Virus record (IMG/VR): IMGVR_UViG_3300032227_000570 | Span: 35,800-99,799 of that record | Length of the DNA: 64,000 nt | Source: a virus | Taxonomy: Duplodnaviria > Caudoviricetes | Direction: 5' to 3' (one strand) | Part shown: in pieces, positions 36,238-45,100 of the stretch | How the letters are laid out: each line of letters begins with the position of its first letter | How positions within the stretch are numbered: position 1 is the first letter of the stretch | The notes under the pieces: generated by a model | Told to the model about the DNA's origin: nothing | The model's input: only the letters and a program-made list of their open reading frames with translations | Database searches by the model: none | Translations under genes and position numbers: made by a program

Positions 36238-36497
36238 TACTTACTCCTACTTGTATGTGGGTTTGCTTTATGCCATTTCTGCACAGCCTTAACGCCTTGC
36301 TGAACGGTCTTAGAGCCACCCATTTTGGTGAGGTTAATCTTGTCGTACTTACCTTGGTTTGTGTTTGTATGTTCTACAACCACATCTCCTTTTTTGTTTT
36401 TGGAGACCTTGTGTGTAACCGACTTCTTTTTACCAGGAACTCCAATACCTAAAGTAACTGGCTTTTCTGGCTTAACGACCTTCTTTTTTTCCGCCAT
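36237..36497 (-). CDS. Lys-rich small protein
   Basis: 86-aa ORF. Confidence 0.7.
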   Translation of the reverse strand: MAEKKKVVKPEKPVTLGIGVPGKKKSVTHKVSKNKKGDVVVEHTNTNQGKYDKINLTKMGGSKTVQQGVKAVQKWHKANPHTSRSK

Positions 36498-36615
36498 TTT
36501 TCTTTACCTTTTCTGGAAGTTGTTTACCTTTGGGAGTTTTAGACTCCCATTCCTTTGCCATCTTTGGGTCTTTAGCCCACATAAGGCGACGTTGTGCTTC
36601 TGATTTAAATGGCAT
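36472..36615 (-). CDS. 47-aa basic mini-protein (MPFKS.AQRR type)
   Basis: Hand-translated [47 protein letters not shown]; TAATG-coupled to the collagen gene. Confidence 0.7.
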   Translation of the reverse strand: MPFKSEAQRRLMWAKDPKMAKEWESKTPKGKQLPEKVKKNGGKKEGR

Positions 36616-38291
36616 TATGCAACCTCGTATGTTCCAGAAATAGAAATAGTGTCACCAGTTCCAATATTTGTTGGATAGGTAGGTGTCATTCTGGCTGTAG
36701 TAGTTGTGGATGTCTGTGCATATAGAGGAAGAGTAGTTGAACCTGCAGTAGAAATACCATAGATAAGGAACGTTCCTGTTCCCGCACTTCCCATAAATGT
36801 AAAGATAGAGCCAGTAATAGGTGCTACTGGTAAAGATACAGAGTAATTTCCTGAACCTTCTGAGGTCGTAGACCCGTCTGTAATAAGGATTCTAAACCAA
36901 ACTGTTTTACCAATTTGCTTGTAGTTTCCAGTAATAGAACCATTACCAATAGTTGGATTTGTAGTTGATGCTGTCCACGTAGGGGTGTATGAAGTCCATG
37001 CTGTAAATTCAGATGAGGCTGCAGGTCCTGTGGCTCCTGTAGGTCCAGTAACAGTACTTGCTGCACCTGTTGGTCCAGTTGGTCCTTGTACTCCTTGTAA
37101 ACCTTGCACACCTTGTGGTCCTGTAGGTCCAAGTGCACCAGTAGGTCCACTAGGTCCCGTTGGTCCTGCTATTGTAGACGCAGGTCCAGTTGGTCCAGTT
37201 GCTCCTTGAATACCTTGCGGTCCTGTAGGACCTGTAACTGATAAACCTTGTGGTCCTGTTGGTCCAGTTACTCCTATTGCACCAGTTGGACCTGTTGGTC
37301 CTGTAACTGTAGAAGCAGCACCAGTAGGTCCTGTAGGACCTTGAGTACCTTGTGGTCCAACTGGTCCTTGTGAACCTGTTGGTCCTGTAACTGTAGAAGC
37401 AGCACCAGTAGGTCCTGTTGGTCCTGTAACTGATGGGCCTGTAGGTCCTGTAGGTCCTAAAACATCTCCAATATCAACCCATGTTGAACCTGATGGATTC
37501 CACAAAAGAAGTGAGCCATCATCAACAATAAGCCAAACATCTCCAGGGCTACCAATTAATGTTGCAGCGTTAAATGCTGCACGTGTTGCAAAAGAACCCT
37601 TGATTTGAATACCAACACCTTGTGGACCTGTTGCACCTGTAGGTCCGAGTGCTCCAGTTGCTCCTGTAGGACCTGCATTACCTTGACTACCTTGTTGACC
37701 TGCTGGTCCAATTGGTCCTTGAGGACCCGTGGCTCCTGTAGGTCCTGTTGCACCGTTAGTACCAGAAGCACCTGTCGGTCCTGTAGGTCCAACGATTGCA
37801 GATGCAGCGGTTGTTTGTACAGTTCCATCACCAAAGGTAAGTGACTTACCACTAGCAATACGAATATTGCGATTTAAAACTATTCTTCCTGAAGAAGTTG
37901 TAAGTCCTATGTCAATGTCTACATTTGGTTGAATAGATTCAATGTTGTTATTAACAAACTTTAGGTTACCTACCTGTAACTGGTAAGCACCGTTAATATA
38001 GAGAATTCCGTCAGATACTTGAAGACCTGCTTCAGTTCCTAAAACGTCATCGGTAATATAGATAGTTCCTGGACCAATGTGCAGGGATTCCCAACGCTTA
38101 GTAGGAGTTCCAAGTGTGTAGAGGTTATCGACAGAAGGCACGATGCTTTGAGTGACTGAGCCTAGGTTGCTTCCAGCACCAGCAGGTCCTGTTGGACCTT
38201 GAGTACCTAACTTACTGTCTAAATAATCAAGGGCAGCATTTAGAGCAATGTGCCAATTTAAATCTCCGTAATTAGGTTTATTCAGAGGCAT
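36615..38291 (-). CDS. Collagen-like (GPT-repeat) virion fibre protein
   Basis: Long G-P-T/G-A-T runs; C-terminal WTSYTPTW...G.YKQIGK.V...SLPV domain. Confidence 0.85.
   Translation of the reverse strand: MPLNKPNYGDLNWHIALNAALDYLDSKLGTQGPTGPAGAGSNLGSVTQSIVPSVDNLYTLGTPTKRWESLHIGPGTIYITDDVLGTEAGLQVSDGILYINGAYQLQVGNLKFVNNNIESIQPNVDIDIGLTTSSGRIVLNRNIRIASGKSLTFGDGTVQTTAASAIVGPTGPTGASGTNGATGPTGATGPQGPIGPAGQQGSQGNAGPTGATGALGPTGATGPQGVGIQIKGSFATRAAFNAATLIGSPGDVWLIVDDGSLLLWNPSGSTWVDIGDVLGPTGPTGPSVTGPTGPTGAASTVTGPTGSQGPVGPQGTQGPTGPTGAASTVTGPTGPTGAIGVTGPTGPQGLSVTGPTGPQGIQGATGPTGPASTIAGPTGPSGPTGALGPTGPQGVQGLQGVQGPTGPTGAASTVTGPTGATGPAASSEFTAWTSYTPTWTASTTNPTIGNGSITGNYKQIGKTVWFRILITDGSTTSEGSGNYSVSLPVAPITGSIFTFMGSAGTGTFLIYGISTAGSTTLPLYAQTSTTTTARMTPTYPTNIGTGDTISISGTYEVA
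37290..37418. repeat. 45-bp exact direct repeat inside the collagen gene
   Basis: acctgttggtcctgtaactgtagaagcagcaccagtaggtcctgt at 37290-37334 and 37374-37418. Confidence 0.8.
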
Positions 38292-38418
38292 CTGTTACGA
38301 CCAATTTGGCAATAGCAGCAAGTGCTTCCTCAATACGTGTTTTCTCACGTTCATCAAGTGTGTTTGCTAGTTCAGCCTCAAGTACAGCCTTGGCTGCCTC
38401 ATATTGTTCTTGGTTCAT
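38278..38418 (-). CDS. 46-aa helical mini-protein
   Basis: Hand-translated [46 protein letters not shown]; fills the gap between neighbours. Confidence 0.6.
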   Translation of the reverse strand: MNQEQYEAAKAVLEAELANTLDEREKTRIEEALAAIAKLVVTDASE

Positions 38419-38421
38419 TTT

Positions 38422-39033
38422 CTACCTTCCGTACTCTTCAGTTCCAAAGTTGCCTTGTCCATATCCAGGATATGTAACAGGTGGTAAATCTTTTGTGCCC
38501 TTCAAAGCGTATTGCTGGAACTGTGGGTCATTAACTAGTTCATCAGCATTGACTTCAGTACATTCAACAGTGATGACAGCCCAGTAGTTCCCAAAGTGTC
38601 CACGTGGCAATACACGAGTTGGAGTAAACACGTTTCCTCGGTAAAGGATACGGTCTTTTATGTGCATGTCAGGGTTTACTAGCATGTCAGGGACAAGTCT
38701 TTGCACATCGCCAACATTTAGGACAATGCGGAGGGTATCTACAATATAGAAGCCTCGTTCGTTCATCTCGTTACTTCCACGAACTAACTGGGCGGTAACG
38801 CAAGGCATATTAAATGGAAGCATCCAACGACGACCCTCATTGTGGACTGAACTAGATACATCGTAGATATCGTCACGAATGGTCTCAATGTTTTCTGCAG
38901 CCCATTGGTTACTCCAACGGAACCAGTCAACCTCAACCCCTACTGGGTGTTGAAGGTCTTCTTGAATACCCTCGTAAATACGCTTTGATTCGTAGTCAAG
39001 GTTAAAGCGACCTTGTAACCTGCTACCACGCAT
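38422..39033 (-). CDS. Putative head-closure/neck protein
   Basis: Beta-rich, DDIYD, ERGFY.VD.L, DRILYRG.VF; late-operon position. Confidence 0.5.
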   Translation of the reverse strand: MRGSRLQGRFNLDYESKRIYEGIQEDLQHPVGVEVDWFRWSNQWAAENIETIRDDIYDVSSSVHNEGRRWMLPFNMPCVTAQLVRGSNEMNERGFYIVDTLRIVLNVGDVQRLVPDMLVNPDMHIKDRILYRGNVFTPTRVLPRGHFGNYWAVITVECTEVNADELVNDPQFQQYALKGTKDLPPVTYPGYGQGNFGTEEYGR

Positions 39034-39041
39034 ATTGGCTC

Positions 39042-40088
39042 CTAAGCGGAAAAGAACTCTACATTCTTCTTTAGACGTTCATCGTTAGGGTCAAGCATAA
39101 GTGCTTGTTGACCATAAGTCAGGGCTTCTTCTTTACGACCTAGATTGTACAAAGCAATTGCCGCTAAGTCATGGGGAAGTGCTCCCCAAGCCTTGGCTTC
39201 ATTGAGGTACTGCTCTGGCTTGTCTTTAATGGCTAGTGCTTTAAGGGCATACTCTAAAGACTCAACCCACTTTTCATTCTCGTAGTAGTACTCAGCCAAA
39301 TCAACCAAAGGTTCACGAGAGTCTTGGGCTTCATTGTGAGCCTTGAGAAACCACTCTTCTCGTTCTTGTCCTTGCGAACACTTAGCGATGTATCGCATAG
39401 ATGCAGCACGTTCTACATTCCACCGTGCACGTGGAAGTGCTAGGTGACGCTGTAACTCAGCCTTAGCCTTTTCGCACATTCCGTAGTAGTAGTACTCACG
39501 ACCAAGGTAATGAGCATTACGGTCATCGTGTGGGTCTTCTGCAGTTGCCATCTCTAGCATTGGGAAGTATTGCTTGCGTGACTTTGTATTGTCTGGGAAG
39601 TGATGAATTTCTAGCCCGACATTGGCTTGCTTCTCTTCAATTAGGTACGGAGAAAGAACCTCATGTACAGGGTGCTTCCATCTGTAACCTTGACGAGCAT
39701 GAATCTTGTCGCCGTAATACGTAAGACCCTCTGTTCCATCTGGGTTCCAGGACCAGGTGTACTTGTATCTAGGTCTTGTAACTTCTTTAGAAACTGCTTC
39801 AAGGTGTGGTCGCCAACCAGGTACAAACACTTCGTCCATATCCAGGGCAACGCAGTAGTCGATGTCTAATGGGAGTGCTGCTAAAGAAGCATTACGAGCA
39901 TCTTCAAAACGCCAGGGTCTAATGTTTATCTGGATAACGTTGATACCAAGAGCCTTGGCTTTTTCCACAGTACCGTCTGTAGAACCTGTGTCTGCTATAA
40001 GAAGGTAGTCTGCTTCTTTAGCAGACTCATACCACTTCTCAACAAACTGCTCTTCGTTTAGTGCGATTGTGTATACAGCGATTTTCAT
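39042..40088 (-). CDS. Glycosyltransferase family 2 with C-terminal TPR repeats
   Basis: IALNEEQFV, DTGSTDGT, F..ARN.SL, LDMDE (DxD), W..PVHE; TPR-like helices. Confidence 0.9.
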   Translation of the reverse strand: MKIAVYTIALNEEQFVEKWYESAKEADYLLIADTGSTDGTVEKAKALGINVIQINIRPWRFEDARNASLAALPLDIDYCVALDMDEVFVPGWRPHLEAVSKEVTRPRYKYTWSWNPDGTEGLTYYGDKIHARQGYRWKHPVHEVLSPYLIEEKQANVGLEIHHFPDNTKSRKQYFPMLEMATAEDPHDDRNAHYLGREYYYYGMCEKAKAELQRHLALPRARWNVERAASMRYIAKCSQGQEREEWFLKAHNEAQDSREPLVDLAEYYYENEKWVESLEYALKALAIKDKPEQYLNEAKAWGALPHDLAAIALYNLGRKEEALTYGQQALMLDPNDERLKKNVEFFSA

Positions 40089-40816
40089 TCAAATGACTTT
40101 CTAGACCAGTACTTCTTTTTGTATAAACCACTAACAACTCTACGAGAGTCATACGACTGTTGAGCAACCTTGTTTATGTCTTCGCTAGTCCCTACTTCTG
40201 AAGTCCAGTTATCTCTCTTAATAGGGATGACTTGAGCAAACGGAGTACCAGCAGGAATAATTCCTTCCCAGCCAGACTTCAAAAAGAAGGGGAGATTGCC
40301 AGAAGCGTGGTATGAATCTCCATCAATAATTCCAGACAAAGTGGTAAAAGGTAAATCAAACCTATTAAAAGGGTGAGTAATTAAAACACTGTATCCCTTT
40401 GGAACTTCAATACCCCACTGACCAATCCACGCAAACTGTTGGTTTGTGTGTCCTGCGGGTACTGGCAAAGTGCTTGCTAACTCGGATGTACGAAGAGTCA
40501 CCATGTCTGGTGTAGTAAGCCAATTGATGTTAGAAACAGTTTCATCAATAGCGTTGACTTGTGCATCTGTCCAAGTAGTTAAAAAGTAACCGTGAGTAAA
40601 AGAGTCCAAGAATGAAACACAGGACTTTACATCGTGATTGGCTTGATAGCCAGATATAACGGGCTTGTTATCTTCACCCATCCAACGCTTTGCTTTTACA
40701 TAAAACTCAGGAATATCTTTACTTGCAGGTGTAGGAGCAGGAAGTTTTATCTGTTCAGTTTGCCCATTAAAGGTAGGTAGGCTCATTGGTTGTGGTATGA
40801 ACTTTATTTTTTTCAA
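40085..40816 (-). CDS. Phage hypothetical protein (beta-rich, DUF6065/dUTPase-like fold suspected)
   Basis: VKSC..FLD....GY, W.I..PKGYS.L.THP.N, SGIID.D, I.AGTPF.QVIP.KR. Confidence 0.55.
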   Translation of the reverse strand: MKKIKFIPQPMSLPTFNGQTEQIKLPAPTPASKDIPEFYVKAKRWMGEDNKPVISGYQANHDVKSCVSFLDSFTHGYFLTTWTDAQVNAIDETVSNINWLTTPDMVTLRTSELASTLPVPAGHTNQQFAWIGQWGIEVPKGYSVLITHPFNRFDLPFTTLSGIIDGDSYHASGNLPFFLKSGWEGIIPAGTPFAQVIPIKRDNWTSEVGTSEDINKVAQQSYDSRRVVSGLYKKKYWSRKSFE

Positions 40817-40852
40817 GTTATGCTCCGATGTTAAGTGTGCTTACAGCCTACC

Positions 40853-41596
40853 TTATGTCCAAGTGGTTATTGCTGCTCTCTTCCAGGTATTTGTAGCAGT
40901 ACACACGTAAATATAGTCAGCATCCCAAACAACAGTTCCAGCAGTTCCTGTAGAACTAGCCGTAGGGGGTGTAACAGGGCCGTTTATTCCTGTTGGGCCT
41001 GTTGGTCCTGTTGGTCCCATAACAGTAGAGATTGGTCCAGTAGGTCCCGTTGCTCCTGTTGGTCCTGTTGGTCCACCAGAAGGTCCAGTTGGTCCTGTAG
41101 GTCCAGCAACTGTTGAAGCCTCACCTTGTGGGCCTGTTGGACCTGTTGCTCCTGCTGTTACCGAATCAATCCATACAGAGCCATTCCAAAAAGAAACAGC
41201 GTTGTTTGTCTTAATCCAAATATCACCAATTACTGGTTGAGTAGGGGCGTTTGCTCCGTATGTTACATACTGCTTGCCGTTTACTTCGTAAGCAGCATTT
41301 ACAGAGTAAGAGAAGTCATCTTTATTACTAATAACTTGGATTGAATCACCTGTATTTAAAGCAAATCTAAACGTTTCAAATGCCTGACCGTAACCAATTT
41401 CTAGGTTTTTTACGATTGTAAAAGAAGTGGGGTCTGTATAAGTACCACCAGTTGGGACAACATAAATAGATGTGTTACCAGAGTTAGTGCCTTTATTAGC
41501 AATAACAACAGCAGCAAGGTAGCCTTTATCAGCAGTTATAAGTGTTGTTAAAACGTCGGCTGCAGGATTAGATACAGCAAGTCGTGTTACTGGCAT
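40853..41596 (-). CDS. Virion protein with short GPT collagen segment; paralogue of the upstream gene
   Basis: Start at TAATG overlap ([11 protein letters not shown]); ends [17 protein letters not shown]. Confidence 0.75.
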   Translation of the reverse strand: MPVTRLAVSNPAADVLTTLITADKGYLAAVVIANKGTNSGNTSIYVVPTGGTYTDPTSFTIVKNLEIGYGQAFETFRFALNTGDSIQVISNKDDFSYSVNAAYEVNGKQYVTYGANAPTQPVIGDIWIKTNNAVSFWNGSVWIDSVTAGATGPTGPQGEASTVAGPTGPTGPSGGPTGPTGATGPTGPISTVMGPTGPTGPTGINGPVTPPTASSTGTAGTVVWDADYIYVCTATNTWKRAAITTWT

Positions 41597-42117
41597 TAGG
41601 AAGCACTCACCGTTTTCCATCCAGAGGCTGTTAGTACTTCTAAAGCCTTAAAGTCGGTATTGTATCTAACGTATCCTTCTTGTGCATCAACTGGGCGAGT
41701 GCTTGTTGCTCCAGACTCTAAGTAAAGAGTGTTGTTGTCTCCACGAATCGTTTTGTTGCTAAACACTGCTGGCAAATCTGATGGTCCAACATCTTCTGCT
41801 TGAAGAAGACCAAAAGCAGAGAACGAGGTATTAGCAATAGTTGACTCTACATAAATGGTGTCATTTGGGTTAAGGGCAACCTTAAATGTTTCGAATGACT
41901 GTCCCACTCCAATAGTTAAATTAGAGCAGATGTAGGCGTACTCACTGCTACTTCCAGCACCTTGAGGAACAACGTAGATGTCTACCTTGCACACAGGAGA
42001 TGACTGACCAGAGGTGTTTGCCGCAACTACCGACACTAAATGCGAATTTAGTACAGAAGCAAGTTGTGTTGGAGTATTTGCTGCAGGGGATGCAACTCCA
42101 AGTCGAATAATCGCCAT
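41596..42117 (-). CDS. Virion structural protein
   Basis: Beta-sandwich-like N-terminal domain; G.T..RP....G.VRYNTD...LE....GW shaft repeat. Confidence 0.7.
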   Translation of the reverse strand: MAIIRLGVASPAANTPTQLASVLNSHLVSVVAANTSGQSSPVCKVDIYVVPQGAGSSSEYAYICSNLTIGVGQSFETFKVALNPNDTIYVESTIANTSFSAFGLLQAEDVGPSDLPAVFSNKTIRGDNNTLYLESGATSTRPVDAQEGYVRYNTDFKALEVLTASGWKTVSAS

Positions 42118-42126
42118 GAGTGCCTC

Positions 42127-45100
42127 CTATGCCTGTGCTTCAGTCCAAGTTAACTTTGCTGATGTAAGTGTAGTGTTACCAGTCAAACGTGCCACAGCAA
42201 TCGTCAAGATATCTGGACCGTCTGGGAATACTGAGTCTCCACCAAGAATGGAGTTCGATAATTCGAACAACTCTGAGATATCAACAGTCGTTGACTGCTC
42301 AACACCGTTCTGACCAGCAGCACGGAAGTTGTAAATCTGTGTTCCACCAGAGATGGTGTCGTTTGAGTTGTGTTGAATAATCTGTGTCAATGAAGGCACT
42401 GGCACACCAGTAAAGTTCAAGTTATTGAGGCGTGGGTTAATCAACACCTTTACGTCAACAAGTTGAGTTGTCTGAATAGATAGTTCCTTCATACGCAACT
42501 GCATACGGTTGATAACGTCACGGTCACCCAACTTACCTGTCAAACCGCTTGATACCGAAGGTGACAAGCGAATTGAAAGAAGTGGCTGATAGTTAACACC
42601 TGTTGTGTTGTTAAGTGAGCCAAGTGGGTACAAGTAGTAGGTGTACTGCTGGTTACCCTGAGAGGTAATGTCAATGATGTTTGTTCCACCAGTTGCAGTC
42701 GCATCTCCTTGTGTTGGATGCAAAGTAACGTTGTTAGCATCAATTGCACGAACATACAAAGTAGATGAGTTCTGAAGGTTAGAGAAGTTGTAGTTTGCTG
42801 GTTGAGCCGTAATTGCTGGGTTCTGGTTATTTGAACCAGTTAATCCAGAAGCAGTTAAACCAATAAACGTAACAGCATCACCAGAAGCAAAACCATGAGT
42901 AGGGATGTTTATTTGGTTATTAGCAATCGTGATTGCTCGTGAACCAAAGGACTTGGCTGTTGTTCCTGTAATAGATAGGGTCTGACCTGATTGAGTAAAG
43001 AGGTAAGCCTTATCATCGTCAAACTTACCATCCATGATAACCGAAGTACCCCAGTGGAATAGGAACGGAATGTAGGTTGGGTTTGCGTAAGTAGTTACTT
43101 CGTAACGTGTAGGCAAGTTACCTGAACGGAAGTAAGACTCAAGCATGTAGTTGTTGTGGATGTACTCGTGTACATACTGAACTTCACCAGATACTGTCTT
43201 AAACCCGTAACGAATCTTTCCAGCACCGTACCAAGAGTAGTCAATATAGGCCATCTGGATAGTTCCAAGGTCAAGGTTGTAACCTGTAGGACCTGTTCCA
43301 TCTAGAGGGTCGATAGAGAAGTCTTCTTGTGGAGTGCGAAGGTCTACTGTCTTTGTGACAATAATTCCTGACTTAGCAGGAGTAAATGAGTGTGGGTTTC
43401 CACTACCTGCATCAGAGATTGCTACAACCTGAGATGAATCAGGTGTTGCCTTCAACTGGAAGTTATTGTTATCAATAAGGCTTACATAGTAAGTCTTACC
43501 GTTAATCAAACCACCAATAGGGCTTCCGTCAATTGAGTTGTATACAACTGGAAGAAGTTCTGTAAATCCGTGGCTTTGTAGGAAGAACTTGTCGTCATCT
43601 TGACGAACAACTCCAGTTGTACCATTTCCTGGGTTGAACTCTTTTTCAATTCCAGAAGCACCCTTATACTCAGGCTTAATAGTGATACGAGTATCACTAA
43701 GAATGCTTGATACCTTGTAAGACTGACCACGCATAACAATGTAGTCATTTACAGCAAGTTGAGTTGAGAACGATGTTCCTGTACCGAATACGAACTCAGA
43801 GCCTTGAAGGGCTGCTGCTGTTCCTCCGACCTGCTGTGTTGAAGAACGACGAACCGCATACAGTTTTTGACCGTCAAACTCAAAGAACATACCGTTCTGG
43901 AAGTCAAACATACCTGCACGGATAGCACCGTTTTGCCAAGAAGAAACATTGAACTGAGGGAATCCGTAAGCAATGTTGTCTGGAGCATTAGGAACACTGG
44001 ATGCAATACAAGTGAAGTTTGTTGAGTCAATTACTGTTACTTGGAAAGTTCCGTTATAAACAGTGCTTGTTGCTCCAGTAGAAGTTAACGCTTCAGAAAT
44101 CTTTACAAAAAGGCCGTTAATCAATCCATGAGGACGACGAGTGACACACTGGAAGGTAGTGTTTGAAACCTTGAATACCTTTTCTAGGTCAATTGTTGGC
44201 TTGAAGTTAATACCAAATGATGTCTGAAGACCCTTACCTGACTGGTAACGGAAGTACTTACGGGTTTGACGAATAATTGAAGCCCATGAAGTACCGACAC
44301 CAACAGACATTTCAACACCACCGTCAAATGAACGGTGAAGGCTGTAACCCTGTGGACGCACATACAAGAAGGTCTGATATGAGTACGAGACACCTGTAAA
44401 GGTTGTGGTGTAAGGACGGTCAACAGTAATCTGTGTATCAGAACCAATAGCAGTAATCTTGCGAACAATAGGTGCTGTTGGAAGTGTGCGTGAAAGAGTA
44501 TGAGCACTTCCTGAACCCTGTGTTGTAATAACCACTGGGTTTGTATTAGCGGTAGCGTCTGATGATGTGTTAAACAACTTAATAGTGTTTGCATCAACTC
44601 GACGTAAGAAGTAGAACTGGTTAGAAGTTAAACCAGTAGGTGCTACACCGCCAGAACCAGACAAGTAAAGAACGCAGTCACCTGTGTTAAAAGAATGTCC
44701 ATTAGATGTAATAGTGTTTGTTGGGTTAACTACTACAGCAGAAGCAGCAAAAGTTACCTGAGTCACGGTGTTTGGTGGGAACAAACGGAAACGGTCACCA
44801 ACTTTAAGAATCTTTGCAAAAGCAGTGTTACTACCGTTTACGAGGGTCGAACCACTTGCTGTGGTTACAGTTCCAGCACCAGTTACATACCCATTAATCT
44901 GGTATGTCTTCAATGAGTGGTCTGCACCAGCACCAAATGTGGTAAACACAATTGGGATACCAGAAGAAGCATTGTCTACTGTTGATGCAAGGCGAATGTA
45001 GTCTTTGTTGATAGCAATTGCGTAGTAGTCATTGCCACTAGTTAAACCACCAATAGAGGTACCGCCAGCATTTGTGTAGGTAAGTTTTGTTCCAGTAATA

